Notes: generated from the sequence alone by a model not told the origin. Positions 12,129-24,590 are shown, counted from the first letter of the stretch. The stretch: 64,000 nucleotides of DNA from Camelus dromedarius (GCF_036321535.1 NC_087437.1:118546001-118610000); one strand, 5' to 3'. Made by a program: numbers and translations.

Positions 12129-13879
12129 TGGTGGTGTCACCTTCCTGCAAGCGTTTAGGCTGGACTTTCTGGACATTACCTGAGTATCAGCAAAAAGCTT
12201 CAGACGATCCCAAGACTCATGCACTTTTCTTAAATGATCCTTAAGTGGTTTGAAATGTCAAGGAAAGTGGCACAGGAATAACAATCAAATGCATGCCTTC
12301 TCAGGGGACACACATGCATCCTGGCTTTGGAGGTGTTAAAATATGAACAGATCAAATCAAGGGATGGTGGAATGTAACTGAATCCTAACAAGGAGCCCAC
12401 TAAAGTAAGTAAACAGACCTTACTGACACACAACTTTAGGGGGCGCCATCCATGCTGACTCTATGAGAACACGCCCCTGGAGGAGGGCAGTAGATACATA
12501 GATAAGGAAACCAAGGCTCAGGGAGCAGAAGTTTGCCTGCGGACGTCCCAATGGTCTGTGGCAGAAGTTGGTCCTGGATCTCTGGGCTCAGAGCCTTTGC
12601 GCCGTCCTTTAAGGTTTGTTATCTCTGAGCTCGACCAAAGAGCAGAGCTGGTGGTGGACAAACATTTGGAAACCCCCATGATTCTGGCAGCCCACCTCTC
12701 TAGTTAGAGCCTCGTCCAGGTGGGAACCAGTTGATGTAATATAATACTGATGATCCTTATTTATCCAACCGATGTGTTCCTGAGAGGGAGGTCTGTTTGT
12801 AGAGGGCGACCTATTGTAAATGCATGAGGGGAAGGTGGTACAAGGAGTCTGAGGTGAGCCTTTCTCCCCTCTCCCCCACGATGTGCCTGATTAGTCATTT
12901 TACGAAGGCAGCGTGGTTCAGGGGCAAGAACTCAGGCTTGGGCAGCTGACAGACCAGGTTCGAGCCAGATGGGCCGTGTACTCACCATCACCAGGCAGAC
13001 CTCTGACTCCCTGTGCTCAGTGCCCTTCTCCGTGGCTTGGGCACGCGATGCCTGCCTCAGAGTGTCAGAGAGCAAGAGGACGTGCAGCAGTAAGCATCCA
13101 GGACGCGGTGGGAGCTCGCTGCTCCTGCCCCTCAAAGTCCCTCCATAAACCTGGACTTCTGCCCTCCCCGCCTCCTGCCGTCTGAGGGCCAAGGTGAGGG
13201 GATTTGTGTGCTGCTCTGCAAGCGGACCAGCCCCAGGCAAACAGAGGAATGGCGCAGATCTCTGTGCGCTGAGTGTCCAAACGCGAGTCCTACCGGGCCT
13301 CTTCCCTGTGTTGTGCAGACTGACCCTCTCAACACGAAACGTGAGGTTCTCCCTCTCAGTGCCCATTGCCACCGTCCTCGTGGGTTCTTGCAGTGGCCTC
13401 CTAACTGGTCTCCCTGTCTCCAGGCTCACCGCCCCCAACTCTCCTTCGCCCAGCAGCTGGAGTGATGTTTCCAAAAAGGAAGTGTGTTTGCAGTCTGTCT
13501 CCTGCTACACTGCGGTCTCTGATGGGAGGGGCTCAGTCTGGTCTTATTGGCTGTAATGTGGTGTCGGACACAGAGGGACGCTCCACGTGTGTCTGTTAAA
13601 AGAGCGAGGACGTGGATACGTGGATACAGTTGGGACGATCTCCCGGCCAGGTGTTCTTCGGGAGGTCCTCCCCAACTTGACCATCCTGTGATCTTTAGAA
13701 AGGTCACATCAAGGGGCTGACCCAAGCCCTGGGGTGAAAAGCACAGACTCCGAAATCAGACCTCAGCTTTTGAATCTGTGCATCTGTAAAATGGGAATAA
13801 TAGTAGTGCCTGCTGATAGGGTTAGTATTAGGGTCATACATTTCACTGAGAACACTGCCTGGCATGTTCCCAGCCAACC

Positions 13880-14960
13880 CATATTATTTTGAAACAAATC
13901 TTATTTCACTCATAAACATTGTAGCAATATGTCTCTATAGAGAACTCTTACACACACACACACTCAACACCATTATTACATCTAAAATATTAACAATAAT
14001 TCCATCACATCATCCAACTAGTGTTCAAATTTCTCTAATCATCTCGCCAGTAACTTTTTAAATATACTCAAATAGGGATCCAAATAAGGTCCTTAAATCA
14101 TGATTGATTGATACGGGTCTTGGGACTCGTGGTCTAGAGTAGGGTTGGCAGATTTTGTCCATAAAGTTTAGGCAGTAAATGTCTCAGGTTTTGATGGTCA
14201 GTCTCTGTTGCAGCTACTTAAACAAGCAGGCGTGGCTGTGTTTCAACAAAGCTTCATTTACAAAAACTGGCAGCAGGCCAGATTTGGCACTCAGGATGTA
14301 GAGACTTAATTAGGTTCAGATATGATTTTTTTCACAAGAACATTTCACAGATAGCACTGTGGTCTTCCATCAGGAGGCACAGAATGTCAGGTGGCATTAC
14401 CAGCCACGAGTGCTCAATGCCCAGCTCCATTAACTCATTAGGGGCTGCAAAATGGTAACAGTCTAATTCCATCATTCCTTCATTTATTAGCTGCAAAATT
14501 TCCACAAAGGGAAATTTCCCTTCATCAATTATTTGAGTCTATTGAGGGATGGTTTGTACAAGAAAGTCATGATAATAAATGCTTGATTCTTTTCCTTTCT
14601 CTGCCAGTTTTTAAAAATAATGAGTTGGGTTCCTTAGCATTCTTTGAAGATAATCAATGTACTTTTAAAAAGAACATTATGAAGAAATAGGTTTCAATAT
14701 CATTGCCGTGTCTGAGCCACTGCAGTGACTACTTTTAATGGTGTTTAAATTGTTGCAGCCTTGCCCCAGATCTTGACAGGACCTCGGGAGTCTTTGACAA
14801 TATCCTCGCTTTCTGATATGATGGGCTGCCCCAGGGTCATCTTGTTCAGTTTCCGCTCCACGCCTGGAAGCAGCCTTCTCCAAGGAGGCCGGGCGCAGAG
14901 GGAAGGGTATTTAGAAACCATAATTTGGGCATGAGGGATGCTCATCTTTTCTAGGTCTTT
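13880..14960 (-). mobile_element. Old L1M (L1MC-like) 3' remnant interrupted by a MER58-like element
   Basis: aacaccattattacatctaaaatattaacaataattcc...gtgttcaaatttctctaat...agggatccaaataaggtcc, with ctaattccatcattccttcatttattagctg further on. Confidence 0.55.
14140..14300 (-). mobile_element. MER58-like hAT-Charlie MITE
   Basis: agggttggcaga...gcgtggctgtgtttcaacaaagcttcatttacaaaaactggcagcaggccagatttggc. Confidence 0.7.
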
Positions 14961-15804
14961 TTTGGTCAACACAGCAAGGAATAGTTTTTTTATTTTGTTT
15001 TTTAAATATGGAAGACCTCAAGAATGCACCCCGAAGTTCCCAGATCAGCTCAGGCCTCCAGCGACGCTGAGCCTCTTCAGCCTGACATCTCGCCCCGTTT
15101 CTCCCGGGCTCTAGTCCAGATTCACCTGGAAGACTTTACAACCAGCAGTTCTGGAGCCCTGACCCAAGCCAGCTGAACAGGAACCTCTAGGGAAGAGGTG
15201 CAGGCAGGATCCCCCAGGGGATTCTAGGGAACAGCCAAGCTCAGAGACCCCAGGCCTAGATGGAGAGCCCGGTGTGCAATGCTGCCAAGCGGGTGGGTAC
15301 GGATAAGGACGGAGAAACATTTACAGAGCCTGTCAGTTTGTGGGTAGAGCTTTGTAGGTGAGGGGTGAGTGAAGGGGGAAGACGTAGGAGGCAGCCCTTT
15401 CTATGGGAGGGGGATACGGTGCAGCAGCAGCAGAGGGGCGGAACAAAACAGGTTTAAAAAGAGAGAGAAGGGGGCTTTTAGGCATGTCCATAAGTTGCTG
15501 AGAAGAGGTCTGGAGGCAGGCAGGAAATGGAGCTGCTGGAGGGTGAAGAGATGAACCCACAAGCATCCTCTGGGCTGCAGGTGGCTGGTGTCCTCCTCCT
15601 GCTAAGTCTGGGGATGGGGATGGGGGAGGGGGTGGGGCTCTAGGGTAGAGGAAAGGGCCCCTTGATCTAGTTTGCAAACTTAAGGACCAGGTCTTATTTC
15701 ACCTTTTCCTCCCAGTTGTTGACACAGTGCCTGGTACAAAGGACTCATTATATGTTGGAAATGACTTCAGAGGCAAACAGAAACCAAAGAAAGACAGTGC
15801 CAAA

Positions 15805-16265
15805 CAGCAGTTCTCCAAGTGTGGCTGACCCTTCCAGGGGGTCCTTTAGCTCAAAACATTTTTTTAATGATAATATGGAAATGTTATTTGCCTTGTTCAT
15901 GCTCATTGTCTCCTGCCTGTTGGACAGAATTTTCCAGAGCCTCCTAACAGGCTGAATGCAGAAGCAGATATAAGTATCCAGCTGCCTTCTATTAAGCCAG
16001 AGAGAGATTGGCAAAAATGCAAAAAGATAAAATCATGTCATTCTTCTAAATTTTTTCAAAAGTTAGTTTTCGTTAAAATGTTTATGTTGCTGTGTAATGG
16101 GTTGATTGTTATTTTTAAGTGAATTACTATATACTGTTAAAATTTTTCAGTTCTATTTCCTAATTTGGTGACTTTGACAGGATCCACATAAACAAAAGTG
16201 CTTTGGGGTCCACAGTTTGTAAGACTATAAAGGGGACCTGAGACCAACAAGTCTGAGAACTGCTG
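15805..16265 (+). mobile_element. Complete hAT-Charlie (Charlie1-like) non-autonomous DNA transposon
   Basis: Perfect 11-bp TIRs CAGCAGTTCTC (15805-15815) and GAGAACTGCTG (16255-16265); 8-bp TSD GTGCCAAA/GTGTTAAA (6/8 match). Confidence 0.85.
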
Positions 16266-17656
16266 GTGTTAAAGGAACTCTGAGCTGCTCAGAAGAGCCA
16301 GGGAGCGTCGGCACACACGTGGATGGCAAGCTTTCTGGCCAGGCACCACGGACAAGTGGTTAGCGACTTGGGCTAGAGGGTGAGACTCTTCCTCACCTTC
16401 TGCTGTCCAGTGACATGAAAATGATGATGTGTGCTCTTTGCAAGGAGGGAGGGCCATCTCACTGGAGTGCTTCGGTTTTCCTGAGTGGACCAAGGAAGTG
16501 TGTGGTTGAAAATGGAGGTGTTCAGGCTAGAGGAAGAATGGGGAGGAGGAGGAGAGAGAGGAGGAGCAGGAAGCTATGGATGCAGTGAGGGAGCTTGGGC
16601 CAGTGTGCAGAGGATTCAGGGGTGCTGTGGAGATTCACCTCCCGCCTCCCCACTGCGTTGCTCACCAACACTACGGGAAGGGGCTTCTTTTTTGGAGAAG
16701 TGCTTCAAGGATGACGTTACCTGAGAGAGGACCAGCACATACAATTTCAAATTTCAGTTAAAACACCTGGAAGGTAAAGTTATTGTTTCCCAAATCCAGC
16801 CAGCACCGCAGTTCTGGGGAGGGGTCAGGCACTCTAAGACCACTCATAAAGACAGAGACAACCAAGGGGACAGTCACGAGATGCTGTCACTCGAGCCTGC
16901 GTGATTTTCTCATGAGGCAGCTCTACCACCCATTAAACCTGCCCGAGTTCCTCTGTGACTTTATCTTAACGCATCTGTTTAGTCATAAACCTAAAGTAGC
17001 CCTCTTAGAATGAAAAGCTCATATGCACTCATATGAGATGCAGTCAGGAGTTTCATGAAGGACAAACCTTAATTAGACTTGATTTTTAAAAAGTTCTCTT
17101 GCAGTGTTTAATTATTAGAACAAATGTCTCTCATGTTGAACTTATATGTCACGTAGCCCCTATGTCAATGTCCTTAATAAATTCCATGTGCTTTTTACAA
17201 GGTTGCAGTCTTCTGAGAGCTGTCTGAATGTCTTTTTGCACCCCTCAAGACTGGACACTGAGGAGTATAAATAACCATTTTTTTAAAAATTACACTTCTA
17301 CAACCTTGAATTTGAAATGTGCATATGTGAATGTAATGGCTCTGGATAACTGTGCAGATTTACGGGGAACATCAGGTTAGGTTACATCATGGGGCCCAGC
17401 TAGGCCTTTCTTTGTGTGGCTGGGGATTTGTCAAAGTTGGGATATTGTTTGGGGAAAATGTGATTTATAGTAAAAGTCATCTGAAAATCAATACAGCTGA
17501 AGATCTCTGACATAAGGGTCCCTTGCAGAGCTAGACCTGATTTTAAAATTGGGAAGACAGGAATGAAAATGAAATCTTGAGTAGAAAGAACTGGAAATTG
17601 GCAGTGAGGAGGAAAGCTTTGCTCCAACCTCCCCACTGTTTGAAGATGCGCTGGCT

Positions 17657-17694
17657 TGTTTTTGTTTTTGTTTTTGTTTCTGTTTTTGTTTTTT
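17657..17694. repeat. (GTTTTT)n simple repeat
   Basis: Read directly from the sequence. Confidence 0.8.
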
Positions 17695-18392
17695 AGACAG
17701 CCAGTATAATTCAGCTGGAGGAGGTAGAAAGATTTTTCTAGTCGTCCTTTCAGCAGAAATCGATGGACTTCAGCTTGTGTAATTGTCCCCCGTGCGTTTA
17801 GTATCTAAACTAAAATAACCCTCATTGCTTGCATTACTGAATGCATTCCTGGGTCTTGGTGTCTGCGGCTAACAAGTATTAATTAGACAATCCTTGGCTG
17901 AAAGCTGGGGGGAAGGGGGAAGGGGAAGGATTGGTGTAGCGCTGGAAGTATGGTGCCCCTGATTTTGGACGGTGACTGCAACTTGCTAAGTGGACTGAGG
18001 GAGTCCTGGGGCAGGTGGAGGCGCAGCTCTTAGCGGCATCGTATCTGCATTACGGACAGATGGGCGTGGGGCGGAGAAGCTCAGGCTCAAAGCCAGCTGC
18101 GGACGCCACCTCCCCAGCCGGAAACGGTGGGCACCAAGGGAGATCCGAGGCTGGGGCAGCCACAGCAGCCCTCCATCTCCCCCAGGATTTCTAGGGAGAA
18201 GTCTCCAAAGCGCTCTGGTCCTCGCCTAGATCCCCCAACACTTGATTCTCCCAGTCTCCACCCAGACCTCTTCAAAATCACTCAGGGGCCCCCAAAGTGG
18301 GGATGGAGAATGGGAGGAACGAGGCAGTGAGCAGAAAATGCCCCGAGAAGCAGCAGGACCCTGGAGGGCTGCAGGGCTGCAGGGATGTACTT

Positions 18393-18466
18393 GGCGAGAG
18401 AAGGCGCAGACTCTCTCACTCCTTGAGATGCTCGCGGCTTTTTTACGATTCCCTACTCTTCTCTCT
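18393..18466 (+). ncRNA. Possible diverged orthologue of the human MIR3197 hairpin region (function doubtful)
   Basis: Ends GGCGAGAGAAGGCGCAGACTC and CGATTCCCTACTCTTCTCTCT resemble the human MIR3197 precursor as I recall it, at a comparable position about 670 nt upstream of the BACE2 ATG. An 8-bp stem GAGAGAAG (18396-18403) / CTTCTCTC (18458-18465) is present. Confidence 0.3.
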
Positions 18467-18918
18467 GACCCCCAAGTCACCCCTGGCAGTCCCTGCCACT
18501 GTGGGGGCCAGGCAACACCAGCGGGGAACCCGGGCGCGCGTGGCCAGGGGGTTGGTTCAGGCCCTCACTGCCCCTTTAAGTGTTCCCGAAACTTTCCCCC
18601 TGGTATCAGATGAGCCTCGTCACATCCGTTGGCCGCAGCCGGCGGGGCGCGTTCCGAGGAAATTGGGGACTCGAGTTTCCAGGAGAAGAGGCGCGGCCCG
18701 AGACAAGTGAGGGTGGCCAGGGCAGACCCGGGTGGACGCGGGCGGACTCCGCGCCCCGCTTTGACCTTGGCCGCGGGGGAGGGGCCCGGCCCCTGCGGGG
18801 CAGCCGCCGCCCGCCAGAGGGGGCAGCGGCGACCAACTTGCTTAACTTGGCGCGGGCTGGGGCGGCTCCGGCGCCTCCTCCTCCTCCCGCCGCGCCTCCA
18901 CCCGGGTCCTCCTCCCAT

Positions 18919-18945
18919 CCGCCGCCGCCGCCGTCGCCGCCGCCG
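18919..18945 (+). repeat. Interrupted trinucleotide repeat (CCG)5 TCG (CCG)3 in the probable 5' UTR
   Basis: Read directly from the sequence. Confidence 0.9.
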
Positions 18946-19065
18946 GCCCCGCTGCGCACCCAACCCTGCCCAGCAGCCCCGCGCGCCGCGGAGTCGCTGA
19001 GCCCCTGCCACCGGACCAGCCGGGCTGGGCCGGGCCGGGCGCGCCCCCCGGGCCCCGCCGCGGGC

Positions 19066-19365
19066 ATGGGCGCACTGGCCCGGGCGCTGCTGCTGCCGCT
19101 GCTAGCCCAGTGGCTCCTGCACACGGCCCCCGCGCTGGCCTTCGCGCCCTTCACGCTGCCTCTCCGGGTGGCCACGGCCATCAGCCGGGGGGCTGCGCCC
19201 ACCCCTGGGCCCGGACCCCCCGCCGAGCCCCGCGCAGACGGCCTGGCGCTTGCCCTGGAGCCCGCCGGGGGCGCGGCCAACTTCTTGGCCATGGTGGATA
19301 ACCTGCAGGGGGACTCTGGCCGCGGCTACTACCTGGAGATGCTGATCGGGACCCCTCCGCAGAAG
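19066..19365 (+). CDS. BACE2: BACE2 coding exon 1 (signal peptide, prodomain, start of catalytic domain; 100 codons)
   Basis: ATG at 19066 in strong Kozak context (gcgggcATGG). Translation MGALARALLLPLLAQWLL...ADGLALALEPAGGAANFLAMVDNLQGDSGRGYYLEMLIGTPPQK matches the mammalian BACE2 N-terminus. Ends at phase-0 donor AAG|GTAGGT. Confidence 0.98.
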
Positions 19366-21133
19366 GTAGGTCTGTGGGCGCTCCCCCGCCCACCCGGACC
19401 TAGCGCCTTGCAGCCGCGGGCTTTTCGGGGGCTCGTGGGGGCTCCCAGCTATGCCTCCGCTCAGCTTATCGTCGCCCCCAAAGCGGCAGCCGTCCACAGA
19501 GAGCACATCTTGGGGACACAGGGGGGCTTGCGGGCCGGGAGCACGGGCGCGCGCACTCGGGACGCCGAGCGGTGGCAGCCCGGCCCCGGGCGCCGCCGGG
19601 GGTGTGTGCGAGTGTTTCAGAACTTGTTAGCTCTCGGTGTGGCTGGGCGGCGAGAGACCTGTAACTTAACTCGCTTCTAACGGGATTCCCTTCTGGCATG
19701 CGACACTCCTTTCAGCGAGGAGACCGTGCGCTGGGCCCTGGGCGCGATGCTGTGGTTCCCGGGGAAATCACTTGGCGGTAATATTCCCACCCCCCACCCC
19801 CATGCTGTCTCATCGCTGAGGAGGCTGGTGGACGGCCTCCAACGGCGCAGTATCCCTTGAAAGGAATTCATACTTAAGCTCAGCTGAAAGCAGCCCTGTC
19901 CAGGGATGCCCGCTCGCTCGCTGCGCCCGGAGGGAGCCGCGTTTCCTCGGCGCCACTTTCCTCTCCCGGCGTTGGCTTGTCAGCTTCCTGCGGGCTGGTG
20001 CCGCTAACCCCCAGCCTCTCTGCGCGGACCCAGGAGTCTACACACCTGTGCGCAACGTATTGGACGCAGTTCAGGTCCTGGGAAAATTACGGGCTGAACT
20101 CGGCTTCCGGGGACCAAGTGATCTCCCAGTGACAAAGTAAAATCAAACAGCTCGCTCATCCCGATTTTTAATTGTAGCATTTTGTGAAGCAAGAAACAAA
20201 TGTGCCCAGTCTCGGTAATCGTAAGGAAAAAAAATCCTCAGGAGCTGGTTTGGCCCTCCGCCTGCGTCCAAACTACCTAATCCAAGTGTGATCTGAAGTC
20301 AGGTTTTTCTTACCAATTGAATACACTGTCTGAAGAAACTTTATTTTAAATATATTTTTAACGTTATCACTTCTGTTTTAATTCAGCTATGATTCCCCCA
20401 TAAGTAGCACATACTCATGACTTTGGTGTAATTCTAATTAAATTATTCAAGACTTTAAGAGGAAAGACGTGTCACGCTAATCCTTAAAAAAACTCTACTG
20501 AGTAACTTCTGTACTTGTTTAATTAGTTTTTTTTTAAAGCCTTGGAAAATGTGTTCGGCTCAAAACTTTTGACTGGAGTTTCCTTTCATGTAAGTGCTGA
20601 CTCGGGCATCTCCTAGGGTGGCTGGCGGCTGGAGGGCAGAGGGGGTTGGGGGGGGGGAGCAGTCAGCTGAGGAAGCTTAACTTGACCGCAAGATGTGGTG
20701 CTGGTAAAAGCTTCCACGTGAGAGCACGCGCTGGTGGCCAGAAGCTAGGACATTTTGCTTTTCACAAGATTTCACACGATGACTGAGGATAAATCTCTCT
20801 TTGAGGCCTAAGGATAACCCTTTGAAACAGGCCTTAAATCATTCTCCACTTGGGAAATGTGTGGCTTGATGAAAAACAGCTTGTGTTGATTTTTGAGGAG
20901 AAGGGAATTCTCTCCCCTGGAGTAAAGCAGATTTGGGCAGTTCCGGCGCCTAATAAAAGGAGCGCTGATGCCTGCCTCCCTCCAGAGAAGAGAGGACGGG
21001 AAAAGGCTTTAAGAAGAATGGAAAAAGATTTCTCTTAGGCAATCGGGGGGAGGAGGGGGGAGGCTTTCCTAAATAATACTTTGTCTTTATTAATTGGTCC
21101 ATTGACTCTTAATTTCAAATGATGAAGTTTGAT

Positions 21134-21363
21134 GGGGCTGGAGGGATAAATTGGGATTTCAGATCTACACTAATATATATACAAGATAGATAAACAAGCC
21201 CCTGCTGTACAGCACAGGGAACTATAGTCAATGTCTTGTAAAACAACCTACAATGAAAAAGAATATGAAAAGGAATATATATGTGTGTATGACTGAATCA
21301 CTGTGCTGTGCACCAGAAATTAACACAACATTGTAAACTGACTATACTTCAATAATAACAAAA
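21134..21363 (+). mobile_element. 5'-truncated L1 3' end
   Basis: gagggataaattggga...ctgtacagcacagggaactata...ttgtaaactgactatacttcaat; candidate TSD TGAAGTTT at 21123-21130 and 21376-21383. Confidence 0.85.
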
Positions 21364-23369
21364 TTTTTTTTAAGGTGAAGTTTAATTAAGTAACAGAAGT
21401 GTATTGAGTATCTTATGCTGGTATCTTTACCTTGGCCAGGGAAGTAGTTCATTCAAGGTTAGTTCTCAAACATTAGCATGTTTCCAGGGAAGGCTGTTTT
21501 TAACAATCCTGATTTAATTTTTACATTTGACAGGAAATGAAATATTCCTTGCCTCCTTCTTGGCCTGATTTAGTAATAAGCTGCTTTATATCAGAATTCA
21601 TGTATATGCTTTCCAAATGCCTGCTGTAAACTCTCAGCTGTTACTGACAGGAGCCTCAGGAGTCCTTTCTGGCCTGTCTCCCCTGAAATGTCTCTTACCA
21701 CCAGCCAGGTGTTTGCAGCAGGCAAGAAGAGATGGCCAAGGGGTGACATCTGAACTTGAAGTAACTTTTCCTGCTCTCTTAATGCCCAAGAATCATGCTT
21801 ATATTCTCTGCTGATCCTCTGAAGCCTAAAATAAAACTTGCTTAGGTGGAGAGAAAAAATGGAATTGTAAATTCAAGCAGTAAATAACCTAGAATCTTTC
21901 AAAAACTGAGTAGTAGTCACAGGAAGTGCAGACGGCTCCCCCTTGCTGTGCACTTTATGGGGGGGGTGCTGTCCCTGGGGATCTTCACAATGGCCTCAAG
22001 TTCCTACCCCCACTTAGGGGATGGGACAGCTGAAGCTTGGAGAGTTTGAATGACTTTCCTAGGGCAACAGGATAAGAGCGAAAAGAGGGCTCCAGAAATC
22101 AAACCCAGGCAGCTGGACTCCAGAACCCAAGTTCTGAATGATCTGGCAGATACCTGCTCCCTTTCCTTCCTCCCTCCTGACTTCTTTTCTTTGGTTTTTG
22201 GCCTTAAATTACCCTTTCCAGCCAGAGATCCCTGAACCGTACACCCCCAAGGTGTTAGGAACTTAACTCTCCGAGCCCGGCCATCCCTCCATCTCTCTCC
22301 CTTCCTTCAGGGCAATGCTCGCCTTCTTGAAGCGTTGGATCCAGGTGTGCATGGGAGAGAACGCGAGAGAAGCTTCAGCAGGAACCAAGGCCCCGTGTTC
22401 CCCACTCTCCCATGGGAAAGGCAACTGTTGGAAATGTGCTTGTTCCCTGAATGCTTTCATCAAGAACAGGGGTCCCTTGTTCTGCCTGACACTCTTCAAG
22501 ACATTGCAGGCATCTGCCCAGAAGCCTGTGTGTGAGCAGCCTCGCGTTGGCATGGAGATGAGCGCCGGGGCTTTGGTACCATTACATGCCTTCTTTCGAA
22601 CAGCAGAGAACCAGCGTCTGCTTGAACCGTGTAATTTGGTCTTATTAATAATAATAATGGTGCTCTAAAGTGATTATAATTACAGCAACTTCCATTATTT
22701 AAAAAAAAAAGACTTTCATGCTAACACAATAAATTCAACTGAGGAAGCTAAAGGTCTGAGAGTATATACCTTGTAATGGCTTCAGAAAGGCTTTTGGGGT
22801 TTCTGTTGAAAGATTTTCTGTTATCTCCACTAATATGGATCAAACAGACATCAAAAACGATTTTTGTATTTAAACATATGAATATAGAGAGCTAACAAAT
22901 TATTTCAGGGACTCACATTTTAATCCTGCCACATTGTCTTCTTGGTTTCTTAGTACACAATTACCTGGAAGATTTTGGATTGGAAAACAGGTATCCATCA
23001 TATACAACTTAAAAGTTTGTCTTTTCTGGAATAAGCCATCTAGTGTCTCCAAATTGCATTAAGCTCACTGCAAGGGAGGCTGAAAAAAAGGCCAGCAAGA
23101 AGAAATTTGATGGAACAAATTGAGAAGGTAAATGATGAAGGACAAGGAAGAATGGATGACCAGGGTGGAAAGAGCCTGGAAGTCAAAGCTAGGTTCCCAC
23201 TGGCTCCTTTGGGAGAAAGGCGCCCTCCCTGAGCTCTGGAGCAGTAATTCATCATCAAAGGCCATCCTATGGAGGATGGTGAGAGATGGGAGCCAAGGAG
23301 TCTGCTCAAAACAACTTGGAGAGACAGTCTGAGAAATTGTTAACAACTGTATATTATTAGTGAACCTTA

Positions 23370-23600
23370 ATTTCAGGCTTACTGGGTGCTGGGCACCCTG
23401 CTAAGCATTTTGTGCAGATCACCTCATTTTATCTTCACAACAGCCCTGGCAAGGACGTACAGTTATATACTTGGTTTTCAGATGGGGAAAAGGAGGCTCA
23501 GAGAGGCCAAATAATTTGTTCCCTGGCCACGCTGCTGAGTGGCAGGGCTGGCTTATCAGGTTCGCCGGGCCCACAGTCTGAGCATTTCACATCTTTGCTG
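23370..23600 (-). mobile_element. MIR SINE
   Basis: ctcattttatcttcacaacagccct...ttttcagatggggaaaaggaggctcagagagg. Confidence 0.7.
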
Positions 23601-23789
23601 CAATTCCAACAGCAGCAACTTTTTTTTTTTTTTTCAAAGAACCACCTGCATTTATCTGTGAATGACCTGGGGGTGTGGTGGGAAGTGTCCTGCAGGGTCC
23701 TGGGTCCTAGTGACATCACACATGTGACAGTGGCAGGTGACAGTCTCCCCCTGCTTCCCTGTCCTCATCGGTTGGTGACCTTTTAAGGT

Positions 23790-24201
23790 TTTATTAGTTG
23801 CTTGCGGCTGCTGTAACGAGTAACCACAAACCAGCTGACTTGAAATAGTAGAAATGTACTTTCTCACGGTTCTGGAGGCCAGGAATCCAAAGTCAAGGTG
23901 TGGGCAGGGCCGGGATCCCTCTGAAGTCTCTCTGGGAGTTTCCTTCCTGCCTCTTCCAGGTTCTGGTGGCTCCTGGCAGCCCTTGCCCACTACCCAACGC
24001 CTACCCCCAACCCCCAGTTCCTCATGTGTGTTTCCTTGTTCAAATTTTCCTCTTCTTATGAGGACGCCAGTCATTGGATCAGGGCTGGTCCTGAGGCATT
24101 CTGACCTCACTGTAACTTGATTACTTCTATCGAGGACAGGAACCAGGGTTTAGAATTTCAACATATCTTTTTTGGGGGGAGGGGCATAATTTAACTCACA
24201 A
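23790..24201 (-). mobile_element. MaLR solo LTR (MLT1B/C-like)
   Basis: tattagttgcttgcggctgctgtaacgagtaaccacaaac...tctcacggttctggaggccaggaatccaaagtcaaggtgtgggcaggg...tttcaacatatctttt. Confidence 0.85.
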
Positions 24202-24480
24202 GTTCCTTTTAAGTTTCTTATTCTGTGGATTTTTTTTTCTTTCATTCTGTCAATCTTTGAATTGCCGATGGAGGACGGCAATTCAAGTGTAATTTTCATC
24301 AGAGGCAGCAGCAAATGGTGGTTTCAGTGCCATGTCAACATGGAGCTGGTGACAAGATAGTGTGTAAGGGGACAAGGCGGGAGGTCGAGGAGGGGAGGTT
24401 TTCAGGTTATTTTCTGTATTTTGGTGTCAGTTTCTTCACTAGAGAGTAATCACTTAAGTTTTTAAAAATGTCTTTTTTTT

Positions 24481-24590
24481 GGAGGGGGGAAGGTAGAGTG
24501 CATGCTTAGCATGCACAAGGTCCTGGGTTCAATCCCCAGTACCTCAATTAAAACAAATAAACTTAATTACCCACCCCCCCAAAGAAAATA
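24481..24590 (+). mobile_element. tRNA-Ala-derived SINE (camelid Vic-1-like) with damaged 5' A-box
   Basis: ggtagagtgcatgcttagcatgcacaaggtcctgggttcaatccccagtacctc (tRNA-Ala-like arm and B box), tail aaataaacttaattacccaccccccc; candidate TSD AAA(A/C)TGTCTTTT at 24465-24476 and 24590-24601. Confidence 0.8.

Larger units (their letters stand above)
18500..20030. promoter_or_regulatory. CpG island / GC-box promoter of BACE2
   Basis: Very GC-rich with dense CpG across exon 1. GC boxes GGCGGGGC (18641-18648), GGGCGG (18740-18745) and GGGGCGG (18859-18865); no TATA box seen. A further GC/GT box lies at 18061-18076. The TSS cannot be fixed from sequence. Confidence 0.88.

Noticed and set aside
18811..18827. 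CTCF-like motif CCGCCAGAGGGGGCAGC, with similar ones near 12437 and 62226
   Set aside because: Mismatches in the core; cannot be supported without PWM scoring or ChIP data.
18606..19292. 228-aa antisense ORF and other overlapping ORFs in the CpG island
   Set aside because: Low-complexity Gly/Ala/Arg/Pro products expected from stop-codon depletion in GC-rich DNA; no recognisable domain.
19366..19680. Continuation of the 366-aa ORF past the exon 1 donor
   Set aside because: Read-through into GC-rich intron 1 after a good AAG|GTAGGT donor; BACE2 similarity stops exactly at PPQK and resumes at exon 2.
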